Shown: positions 1 through 8,606 of the stretch, piece by piece
How positions within the stretch are numbered: the stretch's first letter is position 1
Layout: every line of letters starts with the position of its first letter
Made by a program: the position numbers and the translations under genes
Notes under the pieces: generated by a model
Databases searched by the model: none
Seen by the model: the letters and a program-made list of their open reading frames with translations, nothing else
What the model was told of the DNA's origin: nothing
Assembly: GCA_046052125.1 (NCBI GenBank)
Contig: JBJOMY010000001.1
Location: forward strand, 480,001-544,000
From: Cyanobacteriota bacterium
GTDB lineage: Bacteria > Cyanobacteriota > Cyanobacteriia > PCC-6307 > Cyanobiaceae
Direction: 5' to 3'
Length of the DNA stretch: 64,000 bases

Positions 1-1207
1 AGCGCCGCTCGTGATCGGCGCCCTTGAGCATGCGGTTCCAGTACACCCAAGGAAGCACCACGGTCTTCATGATCCACATGCTCCAGCGCTCCTGGGTGGG
101 ATCCAGAGGGAAGGAAGGCTCGGGCTGAGCGTCGTAGTTGAACTCGGCCATGATCGTTTTGCCGTAGCCGGTGATCAGCGGGCAGCAGCTGTAGCCGTTG
201 TAGGAGCCATCGCCTTTGCCGCCATCGAGCTGGGCGAGCAGGTTGGCCACCAGCACCGGCGCCTGGCCCCGCACCGCGGCAGCCGTCTTGGAGTTGGGCA
301 TGCCGCTCACATCCCCAAGCGAGAACACATTCGGGTAGCGCACGTGTTGGGTGGAGTGCTTATCCACATCCACCAGGCCACTGGCTGCAGCCAGGGGGCT
401 CTGGGCCACCACATCAGGGGCCGTCATCGGCGGGGTGACATGCAGCAGGTCGTAAGCGATCACCTCCTCGCGCGGCTCCTCGCCCTCCTTACTCACCTTG
501 AACACGGCCTCTTTCGTGTCCGGCCGTACCTCAATCAGGGTGTGGCTGTAGCGGGCGTCAATCCCCTTGCGTGCCACCACCTCCCGCAGCGGGGCGGCGT
601 AGGCGGGAATGGCGAAGATCCCTGGAGTGGCCGTGGCATAGATCACCTTGCTCTTGGCAGCCACGGCGGGATCGCGCTTGATGGCGTCGTCGGCCAAGTA
701 GGCGATCTTCTGCGGGGCGCCGGGGCACTTCACCGGCATCGGCGCACAGGTGAACACCGCATTCCCACCTTTGAAGTGTTGGATGCACTCCCAGGTGTAA
801 GGGGCGAACTCTTTGGAGTAGTTGCTGCACACACCGCCCTTGCCGAGCGCCTCCGGCAGTCCCTTGATCGCCCCCCAGTTGAGCTTCAGGCCGGTGGCCA
901 CCACCAGGGCGTCGTAGCTGATGGTTTGGCCGCCGCTGGTGCTCACGCTGTTGTGGTCTGGATCAAATCCAGCGGCCGCCTCGCGGATCCAGGTGACCCC
1001 TTCCGGAATCAGATCGGCTTCCTGCCGGCGGGTTTGATCGAGGCTGAACACGCCAGCGCCCACGAGGGTCCAACCCGGTTGGTAGTAGTGCTCGCTGGCG
1101 GGCTCGAGGATCGCCACATCCAGGCTGGGACGGGCTCGCTTGAGGCGCGCCGCCACGGTGATCCCACCGGCTCCGCCGCCAACGATCAATACCTGGTGAT
1201 GCCCCAT
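1..1207 (-). CDS. sqr: Sulfide:quinone oxidoreductase (type II-like FAD-dependent oxidoreductase), runs off the left edge
   Basis: Not in the ORF track because its stop is outside the window. Manual minus-strand translation from ATG 1207 gives MGHHQVLIVGGGAGGITVAARLKRARPSLDVAILEPASEHYYQPGWTLVGAG; the window edge reads ERWSMWIMKTVVLPWVYWNRMLKG. Both segments are typical of SQR. Confidence 0.88.
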   Translation of the reverse strand, partial: MGHHQVLIVGGGAGGITVAARLKRARPSLDVAILEPASEHYYQPGWTLVGAGVFSLDQTRRQEADLIPEGVTWIREAAAGFDPDHNSVSTSGGQTISYDALVVATGLKLNWGAIKGLPEALGKGGVCSNYSKEFAPYTWECIQHFKGGNAVFTCAPMPVKCPGAPQKIAYLADDAIKRDPAVAAKSKVIYATATPGIFAIPAYAAPLREVVARKGIDARYSHTLIEVRPDTKEAVFKVSKEGEEPREEVIAYDLLHVTPPMTAPDVVAQSPLAAASGLVDVDKHSTQHVRYPNVFSLGDVSGMPNSKTAAAVRGQAPVLVANLLAQLDGGKGDGSYNGYSCCPLITGYGKTIMAEFNYDAQPEPSFPLDPTQERWSMWIMKTVVLPWVYWNRMLKGADHERR

Positions 1208-1338
1208 GGCCCTAGGGAAGTGGTCGCAAACCAGATCTAACCAGACCAGCCGCTGCCGACCACTACCAGGAATTAAGCGAAGTCGGAACGACTACGGATA
1301 AGTGCGCTATCATGGGTTCACATCGCTCCAGTCGCCCC

Positions 1339-2052
1339 ATGGATCTCTCCAAGCCCAGCACCCAGGCCAACCTCGAAGCCGCCTTCGGCGGCGAGAGCAT
1401 GGCCAACCGCAAATACCTCTTCTTTGCGGACGTGGCCAAGCAGCTGGGCAACGCCGAGCTGGCGAAGCTGTTTCGCGATACGGCCAACCAGGAAACCGAG
1501 CACGCCTTTGCCCACTTCCGGCTGCTGCACCCGGAGCTGGTGGTGAGCGAGCCGGCCAACCTCAGCGAGGCGCAGAAGCAAGCGATCCTGAGCCGCTGCC
1601 TGGAACTGGCGATTGAGGGCGAAACCTACGAGTACACAACGATGTACCCCGAGTTCGCCGCCCAGGCCCGAGCCGATCGCGATGGGGGCGCCGAACAGGA
1701 ATTCAACGAGCAGATCAGCGAATCCCAGGAGCACGCCGGCGTGTTCCGCACCGCCGCGCGCAATTTCGGCCTACTCACCCCCGTGGAGCACCACCACGCC
1801 GATCGCTACAGCGTGGCGCTGGAGGCCCTGCAGGGCAAAGGCACGCTGGGCGAAACCGCAACGCCGGTTCCGGGGCTGTGGATCTGCAAGGTGTGCGGCG
1901 TGATCTACGACCCAGCGGTGGGCGATGCGGACTCGGGGATCGCCGCCGGCACCGCCTTCGAAGCGATTCCCGACGACTGGAGCTGCCCGATCTGCGGCAC
2001 CCGCAAGGCCAACTTCATCCCCTACCGCCCGGCGGAACTGGAAGCGGCCTGA
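1339..2052 (+). CDS. Rubrerythrin with C-terminal rubredoxin domain
   Basis: [21 protein letters not shown] and [12 protein letters not shown] diiron motifs; C-terminal CKVCG...[11 protein letters not shown] rubredoxin motif. Start chosen at MDLSKP within ORF 1312..2052. Confidence 0.93.
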   Translation: MDLSKPSTQANLEAAFGGESMANRKYLFFADVAKQLGNAELAKLFRDTANQETEHAFAHFRLLHPELVVSEPANLSEAQKQAILSRCLELAIEGETYEYTTMYPEFAAQARADRDGGAEQEFNEQISESQEHAGVFRTAARNFGLLTPVEHHHADRYSVALEALQGKGTLGETATPVPGLWICKVCGVIYDPAVGDADSGIAAGTAFEAIPDDWSCPICGTRKANFIPYRPAELEAA

Positions 2053-2086
2053 TCGGGGCGCATGAAGCGATCCCCATAACACAAAC

Positions 2087-2107
2087 AAAGCCGCCCCAGG
2101 CGGCTTT
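2087..2107 (+). terminator. Possible terminator hairpin after rubrerythrin
   Basis: AAAGCCGCC-CCA-GGCGGCTTT inverted repeat; only a short T tail. Confidence 0.4.
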
Positions 2108-2136
2108 AGTGTGGCTTTCAGAACACAAGCAGCGGC

Positions 2137-2322
2137 ATGGGAGCCGAGTTCACCCCGCCAGGCCAATCCACCCCCGGCCCAGCGCAGGCCGCGATGAGCA
2201 CCAGCCTGAAATGGGGCAGCAACGGCGAGCTCTCCCCGGTGGACCTGCAACGGGTGCTGGAGCGGCTCACGGATCCCTCCCTCACCCAGTGCACGCTGAA
2301 CCCCGAGTCCCAGGGCGACTGA
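2137..2322 (+). CDS. Small hypothetical protein
   Basis: 61-aa ORF filling the gap before phoB; the LKWGSNGELSPVDLQRVLERL segment resembles small picocyanobacterial proteins. Confidence 0.6.
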   Translation: MGAEFTPPGQSTPGPAQAAMSTSLKWGSNGELSPVDLQRVLERLTDPSLTQCTLNPESQGD

Positions 2323-2374
2323 GCCAGGCCACTCGGTATCTGGCGATACATGGGTGCGCGCTCAGAATTGGCCC

Positions 2375-3082
2375 ATGAGCCAGGTTGCCGATCCCGCCAA
2401 CAGCTCCGCCCGGTTGCTGGTGGTGGAAGACGACGACACCATCCGCGACACGGTGGCCGAGGCCCTGGAGATGGAGGGCTTTTCCGTGACGGCGGCCACC
2501 AACGGCCGCAGCGCCTGGGATCTACTGAGCCGCGAGAGTTACGACCTAGTGGTGCTCGATCTGATGCTGCCGGGCATCAACGGGCTCGATCTGTGCCGGC
2601 AGCTGCGCCAAAGCGAAAGCCCACCGTTGATCCTGGTGGTGAGTGCCCGCGACACAGAAACCGACCGCGTGCTCGGTCTGGAGGTGGGTGCCGACGACTA
2701 CCTGATCAAGCCGTTCGGGATGCGCGAACTGGTGGCCCGCTGCAGGGCGCTGCTGCGCCGCCAACGCACACCGCTGCCCACCACCACCAGCGTGGAGCAC
2801 GTGGATCTCCAGCTGTTTCCCGGGGAGTGCAGGGTGAGCCGGGCCGGCTTTGATCTGCGCCTCTCCCCTAAGGAATACCGGTTGCTCGAGCTGTTCATGC
2901 AGCACCCGAAACGCGTGTGGAGCCGTGAGCAACTGATCGAGCAGGTGTGGGGGGTGGACTACATCGGCGACAGCAAAACCGTGGATGTGCACATCCGCTG
3001 GTTACGGGAAAAGATCGAAGACGACCCCTCCAACCCCACGAAGTTGGTGACGGTGCGCGGCTTTGGCTATCGCTTCGGCTAA
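2375..3082 (+). CDS. phoB: Phosphate-regulon response regulator PhoB/SphR (OmpR family)
   Basis: Intact receiver (VVEDD, VLDLMLP, SA, KPFG) plus winged helix KTVDVHIRWLREKIE...VRGFGYRFG; adjacent to a kinase and pst genes. Confidence 0.93.
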   Translation: MSQVADPANSSARLLVVEDDDTIRDTVAEALEMEGFSVTAATNGRSAWDLLSRESYDLVVLDLMLPGINGLDLCRQLRQSESPPLILVVSARDTETDRVLGLEVGADDYLIKPFGMRELVARCRALLRRQRTPLPTTTSVEHVDLQLFPGECRVSRAGFDLRLSPKEYRLLELFMQHPKRVWSREQLIEQVWGVDYIGDSKTVDVHIRWLREKIEDDPSNPTKLVTVRGFGYRFG

Positions 3083-3109
3083 CGGCGTGAGCAAGGGCGC
3101 CCTGCACGC

Positions 3110-4249
3110 ATGAACAGCTCCGCTCTGCTGGCTTTGCTGCTTGGCGCCGGCGCCGGGGGCGCCCTAGTGGCCCTGTTGCAGCAGCGCCCCAAACGCAGGC
3201 GGCGGGGCAGACAGCCTCAGTTGGAACCGGGCGAACAGCAGCTGCGCGAATGGATCGAAGCGGTGCCCCAGGGCTGGATGCTGATCTCAGGGGACAACCG
3301 CATGGCCAGCCTCAACCCGCGCGCTGAATGGCTGCTGGAAGTGGAGGATTCGGCCCTGGCCCTGCGGGGTGAACCGCTCGAATCGCTCGAGCCTCCGGAT
3401 GAGGTGCTGCACCTGGTGGAGCTGGCGCGGGAGCGGGGGCTGGCGCAGCGCGGCACCTGGCCGCTGCTCAACAGCAACCTCGATGTGCGCGTAATGCCAG
3501 GCAACGCCGGCTGGGTGGCGGTGTTGCTGCAGGGGCGCAACCCCTTGGAGAGCCAGATCGAGCAGCAGGAACAGTGGGTGAGCGATGTGGCCCACGAGCT
3601 GAAAACGCCGCTCACGGCTTTGCGTTTGGTGGGCGACAGCCTCGCCCTCAAAGCGGAAGGCCGCCAGGCCGTGTTGGTGGAGCGCCTGCAACGGGAACTT
3701 GAACGGCTGCAGGTGCTCGTGAGTGATCTGCTGGATCTCTCGCGGCTGGACAACACCCTGGTGAACGATGAAGCTCCTCAGGCCGCAGTGGATCCCCTGG
3801 CTGTGCTCAACAGCGTGTGGAGCACGCTGGAGCCGCTGGCTTCCGAGCGCGGCGTTCAACTCAACCTTCAGAACCAGCCCAGCACAGACAAGCCCCTGGC
3901 CGCGATCGATCCCTCACGGTTTCACCAGGCTCTGCTGAACCTGCTCGACAACGCCCTGCGCTACAGCCCCGACCACAGCACGATCGACGTGGATGTGGTG
4001 GTGCGCAACCGCTGGTGCATGGTGGTGGTTCGCGATCACGGGCCGGGCCTGAGTGCCACGGATCAAGAGCGCATGTTTCAGCGCTTCTACCGGGGTGATC
4101 CAGCCCGGGCCCGTTCACCCCGCAGCGGCAGCGGGCTGGGGCTGGCGATCGTGCAGCAGATCGCCCTGTCGCAGGGCGGGATGGTGCGGGGCAGCAACCA
4201 TCACAACGGGGGCGCGCAGTTCGAGCTGCTCGTGCCGCGCGCCCTCTGA
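3110..4249 (+). CDS. phoR: Phosphate-regulon sensor histidine kinase PhoR/SphS
   Basis: N-terminal TM segment, H-box DVAHELKTPLT, N-box NLLDNALRY, DHGPG and GSGLGLAIV boxes; directly downstream of phoB. Confidence 0.9.
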   Translation: MNSSALLALLLGAGAGGALVALLQQRPKRRRRGRQPQLEPGEQQLREWIEAVPQGWMLISGDNRMASLNPRAEWLLEVEDSALALRGEPLESLEPPDEVLHLVELARERGLAQRGTWPLLNSNLDVRVMPGNAGWVAVLLQGRNPLESQIEQQEQWVSDVAHELKTPLTALRLVGDSLALKAEGRQAVLVERLQRELERLQVLVSDLLDLSRLDNTLVNDEAPQAAVDPLAVLNSVWSTLEPLASERGVQLNLQNQPSTDKPLAAIDPSRFHQALLNLLDNALRYSPDHSTIDVDVVVRNRWCMVVVRDHGPGLSATDQERMFQRFYRGDPARARSPRSGSGLGLAIVQQIALSQGGMVRGSNHHNGGAQFELLVPRAL

Positions 4250-4264
4250 ATCGAACGGGCGTCC

Positions 4265-4885
4265 TCAGGAACGGGGCAGGTGAGACACCACCAGCTGGCG
4301 CTGATCATCCAGCTGCAGCCAGCCTTCTTCCCGGAGCAGGCCGAGCACGCGGGTCACGGTGACGCGGGTGGTGCTCAGGGCATTGGCAATGTCCTGATGT
4401 GTGAGGCGCAGGCTGAGCATCAGGCCCTGCTCGCAGGGCTGGCCGTAATCCTGAGCCAGCAGCTCAAGGAAACCGCGCACACGCTCTTCCACCCGGCGCA
4501 GACCGAGCAGGGCGATCATCGCCTCCGACTGCCGCATCCGGGTGGTCATCGCCTTCACCAGGCTGATGGCGAGATGCGGCGTGGCCTCGATCTCCTCCAT
4601 CGACAGGCACAGCAGATCGCAATCCGCGATCACCGTTGCCTCGTAGAGATCGATGTTGGTGAGAGGCTCTCCGAAGATTTCGTTCGGCCCGGCGAGGCCA
4701 AGCAGCAGATCGTCGCCCTGCTCGTTCATGCAGCTGAGCTTCACCATGCCGCGGGTCACGAGCCACACGTGATGGCGAAGCAACGGCACCTTGCAGCCAG
4801 CGCTGAGGTGCACCAGATCGCGACGTTGGAAAACCTCTTCCAAGGAGCTGCGAAAGCCCTGCTGACCGCTTGGTGCGTAAACCAT
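4265..4885 (-). CDS. ptrA: CRP/FNR-family transcriptional regulator (PtrA-like)
   Basis: cNMP-binding-like domain plus HTH LTHQDIANALSTTRVTVTRVLG; lies next to phoBR with a Pho box upstream. Start taken at MVYAPS. Confidence 0.8.
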   Translation of the reverse strand: MVYAPSGQQGFRSSLEEVFQRRDLVHLSAGCKVPLLRHHVWLVTRGMVKLSCMNEQGDDLLLGLAGPNEIFGEPLTNIDLYEATVIADCDLLCLSMEEIEATPHLAISLVKAMTTRMRQSEAMIALLGLRRVEERVRGFLELLAQDYGQPCEQGLMLSLRLTHQDIANALSTTRVTVTRVLGLLREEGWLQLDDQRQLVVSHLPRS

Positions 4886-4949
4886 CGAGCTGTTGTGCCG
4901 ACGGGACCCGCGGACTGTATGGAGCATCACCAAGCGATGCGCAAAGCCC

Positions 4950-4979
4950 TGGTAGAGGTGTGGTTAAGGGTGGGTTAGC
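4950..4979 (-). promoter_or_regulatory. Pho box upstream of ptrA
   Basis: Minus strand GCTAACCC-acc-CTTAACCA-cac-CTCTACCA, three 8-mers at 11-bp period, matching the cyanobacterial CTTAACCT-type repeat. Confidence 0.8.
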
Positions 4980-5929
4980 TAGTCGTGGAGACCCAAATCA
5001 GCCACCAACACTGAAGGCAGCGAAGGCAAAACCTGCAGGCTCAATAGCCGCTGCCGGCCGGCCAGCGTGCGCAGATCAGCCGACGCTTGACGCCAGGTGG
5101 TCCAGGCTTGATCACGAGCCTCAAGAATCAAGCCGGAGAGAACGGGCATCACCGCATCCGGTGCCCCCTCGAGCAACCGATCCAACGTGGCCACCAGCAC
5201 CTGCAAATCCTGCAGGTCGCCGAGGCTGGTCTGAAGCGCCTTGAACTGAACGATCCAGGGCTTCAAGCCTTCCAGTTCCAACGCCGCCAGGTTGGCAAGG
5301 CCGTAGCGCGCACGTTTGATGCGCCGGCGAAGCCGATGCAGAGCCGCAGTGGATGGGGAGTCAAAGGGATGGGTGACCCACCATCCCGGCAAGGTGAGCA
5401 AGCCCGCAAGGGCGATCTGTTGCAGCTCTGGCCCCCAGAGGGCAATCGGCTCCTCCCCCATGGGGGTGAACTGCGGATCTTTCAACCAACCTTGCAAGCG
5501 TGAGAGCAACTTGAGGTAGCGCCGACCCTTGAGGGTGTCGCTCAGCAAGCTGAACGCGAGCTTGCGCTCACGTTTGAGCTGCTTCATCACCTTGCGAAGC
5601 GTTGCCTGCTCCTGCTCTGGCAACAGAGGCCACCAATGGCGCTCCAGACCCTGCTGCAGCACATCGAGATCTCGGCTCAGCCCCAGATCCGAACCAATGC
5701 GCGCAAGACGTTGGCTGGACACCTGCTCAGGAAGCACTAGTGCATCGGCAAATTGCTCCACCGTGGCGCGCAATTGACGGCAGGTGACCCGCATTTGATG
5801 CAAGGGCTCCGGGTCGCGATCGGCCAACACATCCAGCTGCAAGGCCACCAACCGCTTGGCCTGACGAGCCAGCAACTCGGCTGCGAAGGCCCCACAGCTT
5901 TGAGCCGTCAGCGAATCAGCGTCATCCAC
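4979..5929 (-). CDS. CHAD domain protein (polyphosphate-binding family)
   Basis: DPEPLHQMRVTCRQLRA, LGLSRDLDV, LHRLRRRIKRARY and LQTSLGDLQDL CHAD motifs. Start is GTG 5929 or 5962. Confidence 0.88.
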   Translation of the reverse strand: MDDADSLTAQSCGAFAAELLARQAKRLVALQLDVLADRDPEPLHQMRVTCRQLRATVEQFADALVLPEQVSSQRLARIGSDLGLSRDLDVLQQGLERHWWPLLPEQEQATLRKVMKQLKRERKLAFSLLSDTLKGRRYLKLLSRLQGWLKDPQFTPMGEEPIALWGPELQQIALAGLLTLPGWWVTHPFDSPSTAALHRLRRRIKRARYGLANLAALELEGLKPWIVQFKALQTSLGDLQDLQVLVATLDRLLEGAPDAVMPVLSGLILEARDQAWTTWRQASADLRTLAGRQRLLSLQVLPSLPSVLVADLGLHD

Positions 5930-5969
5930 GGATCGCGACCTGAAAAAGCTCACTCTGAACACAGAGGAG

Positions 5970-5996
5970 AGGTTAAGGAGTTAAGGCAGGGTTATG
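5970..5996 (-). promoter_or_regulatory. Pho box upstream of the CHAD gene
   Basis: Minus strand CATAACCC-tgc-CTTAACTC followed directly by a perfect CTTAACCT. Confidence 0.7.
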
Positions 5997-6312
5997 ACAT
6001 TGAAGTCAACATCAACTGCTAAGTTCGGCGAACATTTATCCGTCTGCGTGAAGCTGTCCACGTTTAGTTCAGAGTCTTCGGGACCCCGCAGCACGGCAGC
6101 CGCACAAACCTCCACACGCCATCAGCGGGAGCATCTGCTCTGTCTGAATCAGCAAGAAGCCTTGATGCTCTTCGGGCTGTTACAGGCCGCGCTAAGGCAT
6201 GAACCGAGCCGTCAAACACTGCTCAGCTGCGGCGACTACAAGCAATTCCACAGAGATCTCAGCCAGGCGCTAGCCGCCGGGTTGGCGAGTGACGCTGAGC
6301 CCTGAAAGCCAC

Positions 6313-6507
6313 TCAGAAATAGAGGCGAGCAACCGTGGGCTCAGGACGGGCGGACCGCTCGGCTTTCGGGGACCAGCGAAGCCTGAGCTCCTCAAGGCTC
6401 AGGCTCCATTCCTCAATGGGCTGCTGAGCAGCGACCAAACTCTCCAACCAATCACGAAATTGCTCGAGGCCGAGTAAATCAGCTTGCAGATCGGTTAACT
6501 CAGACAC
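6313..6507 (-). CDS. Small hypothetical protein
   Basis: 64-aa ORF with protein-like amphipathic composition; its start overlaps the stop of the upstream small ORF. Confidence 0.4.
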   Translation of the reverse strand: MSELTDLQADLLGLEQFRDWLESLVAAQQPIEEWSLSLEELRLRWSPKAERSARPEPTVARLYF

Positions 6508-6706
6508 GCGGCATGGGGCTGCTGATTAGAAGCGTAGGGTTAGTTTTGCCGCTCAATCGATGCAGATTCTGAAGATCATCGGCAGGTGTGCGCGGGTTGG
6601 TCACATGCAAGATCCCTAGCCAGAATCCCTGAATCGCCACGCAACAGGCCACTGGAGACAACCAAGCGAACAGGCTCTGCATGCCATCAGGGCAGACACG
6701 GCTCAA
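6500..6706 (-). CDS. Small hypothetical membrane protein
   Basis: ORF with hydrophobic stretch LFAWLSPVACCVAIQGFWLGIL; stop overlaps the next ORF start. Confidence 0.3.
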   Translation of the reverse strand: MSRVCPDGMQSLFAWLSPVACCVAIQGFWLGILHVTNPRTPADDLQNLHRLSGKTNPTLLISSPMPRV

Positions 6707-6824
6707 TTCGAATGGATTTCAGGTGAAAGGCGTGTCGCACGAAACACCTGAATCCGGTGCCGAGGCTCACAGCAGCAGTTTTGCCCGAACTGGCTACCTT
6801 GCGGGATGGTGAGCACCTGATGGC

Positions 6825-7943
6825 ATGCACAGCCTCCCGCAGCTGAGGCCAACGCCTGGCTCACTCGATTCTCGACGCTTGGAAGAGAGGCCTGGGCAGA
6901 TGCCAAACAGCCTCTATCTGGCGGGTGGGCGCGCGGCGACCAACCTCTCTGCTGTGGTGCTGAGGCCTGATGGGCCAGGGCTTTGTCAGCTGAACGACCT
7001 CGCCCACTTGGATGCACTCCTGGCCGAACAAGTGCCGATCTGGTTGCGGGTCAATGGGATGGGGAACCCCCACCTGATCCGCGAAGCCCTGAAGCGCTGC
7101 CGCATCCCCGGCTGCTTTGCCCCCCTGGTGTTGGACACACCACAGTCCACCCGCGTGGATTCAATGGGCGACGTGATTGCCGTGGTCCTGCACCGACTGC
7201 GCTTTTCCATCGATCCACTCAACCTCACCAGCGATCAGGTGAGCATGCTGCTCACCCGCAGTTGTCTGATCTCGATCGAAGAGGCACCAAGCCGTGCCCC
7301 CTTTGATTCCCTCACCGAGTGGTTGATGCAGAAATCGCCAGTTGCCTCGGCCGATGATCTGGACGATCTGCTCCACTACATGGTGGATCACATCCTGGAT
7401 GGCATCTTCCCGATGCTCGAGCAGATGGCGAACCGTCTCGACGATCTGGAAGAGGCGGCCCTGCGAGACCCACGACCACGGGTGCTCACAAGGGCCTATC
7501 AACTTCGGGGCAATTTACGACGCATTCGGCAGCAACTTTGGCCATTACGCCATCAGATCCTGTTGTTTCTGCGGCAGAACCAACCCGTGATGGGACCTGA
7601 CGGACTGCAGGGGTTTCAGGAGATGGCGCAGAACGTGGAGCAGATCTTTGATAGCTGCGAGATCCTTCGCCATCAGTGCGATGCAGTGACAGAAGCACAC
7701 ATGGCCAGCACGGGCAATCGCATGAACCAGATCATGAAAACGCTTACGATTGTCTCCACCATTTTTGCACCGCTCACGTTTATCGCTGGCATTTACGGCA
7801 TGAATTTCGACAACATGCCCGAGCTGCACTGGCGTTATGGCTACATCGCTTCGCTCGTGCTGATGGGTGCGATCGCCACCATGCAAGCCATCTACCTCTG
7901 GCGCCGTGGATGGTTCGAAGACTGGACCACAACACGCCGATAA
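6825..7943 (+). CDS. corA: CorA-family Mg2+/Co2+ transporter
   Basis: NRMNQIMKTLTIVSTIFAPLTFIAGIYGMNF (GMN motif) and MPELHWRYGY. Confidence 0.95.
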   Translation: MHSLPQLRPTPGSLDSRRLEERPGQMPNSLYLAGGRAATNLSAVVLRPDGPGLCQLNDLAHLDALLAEQVPIWLRVNGMGNPHLIREALKRCRIPGCFAPLVLDTPQSTRVDSMGDVIAVVLHRLRFSIDPLNLTSDQVSMLLTRSCLISIEEAPSRAPFDSLTEWLMQKSPVASADDLDDLLHYMVDHILDGIFPMLEQMANRLDDLEEAALRDPRPRVLTRAYQLRGNLRRIRQQLWPLRHQILLFLRQNQPVMGPDGLQGFQEMAQNVEQIFDSCEILRHQCDAVTEAHMASTGNRMNQIMKTLTIVSTIFAPLTFIAGIYGMNFDNMPELHWRYGYIASLVLMGAIATMQAIYLWRRGWFEDWTTTRR

Positions 7944-7950
7944 ACAACCA

Positions 7951-8295
7951 TTACTGCTCGAGATGGCGAAGACGCCCTTCAAGACTGGCCATGAGCTCAA
8001 GAGCGAACATCGGCATTTCCTGAACAGCGAAAAGAAAATGCTCCCGGTCCATCTCAATCACCTCTGTGGCCACATGAGCTGATGCCGTGCCGTGACGCTT
8101 GTGTTGGTGCTCAACCAAAGCACCCACCCCAAGCACATCACCCGGACCAAAGACCTCAGAGGGTGCGTCACCCCAGCTCAGCTCAAGCTCACCACTGAGC
8201 ACGAAGTAGACGCTGCCACCGTTCTCGCCTGCTGCGAACAAAACCTGCCCCGGCTCCAGAACCCGGATCGGCAGCCTGGCGGCCAGGGTTTGCAT
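7951..8295 (-). CDS. Stand-alone cyclic nucleotide-binding domain protein
   Basis: PGQVLFAAGENGGSVYFVLSGEL...GPGDVLGVGAL...RHGTASA...DREHFLFAVQEMPMFA is a cNMP/CAP_ED pattern with no HTH. Start may be 8319 or 8343. Confidence 0.85.
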   Translation of the reverse strand: MQTLAARLPIRVLEPGQVLFAAGENGGSVYFVLSGELELSWGDAPSEVFGPGDVLGVGALVEHQHKRHGTASAHVATEVIEMDREHFLFAVQEMPMFALELMASLEGRLRHLEQ

Positions 8296-8355
8296 GGTGC
8301 GAAGCACACCGGAAAACATGCAAGGTGATGCACCTGGCTTCATCGTGCACGGCTA

Positions 8356-8396
8356 TGGTCAAGGGACGGTGAAGGTCCGGTCTAAGGACGGTTACC
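8356..8396 (-). promoter_or_regulatory. Four-unit Pho-box-like array upstream of the cNMP gene
   Basis: Minus strand GGTAACCG-tcc-TTAGACCG-gac-CTTCACCG-tcc-CTTGACCA at exact 11-bp period; units are degenerate. Confidence 0.6.
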
Positions 8397-8606
8397 AGGG
8401 GGCCATGAGAGAAAAGGACAGCCGTATGGGCAATCAGCGCTTCAGCTGCTGAATCATCGTCCCCAGGTACCAAGCCACAAAACAAGGGTTAAAGAGCGAG
8501 CCTGCCCTGTCGGCCGGAAGAGTCCATGGAACATCATGCGCCTGACGGGTCCATAACCTGAAGAAAAACTCCAGCCCCTACAAAGGGGTTAGCAAAAGCA
8601 CGTTGG

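Noticed and set aside
11..1240. 409-aa plus-strand ORF
   Set aside because: Antisense shadow of the minus-strand SQR gene; no recognisable motifs.
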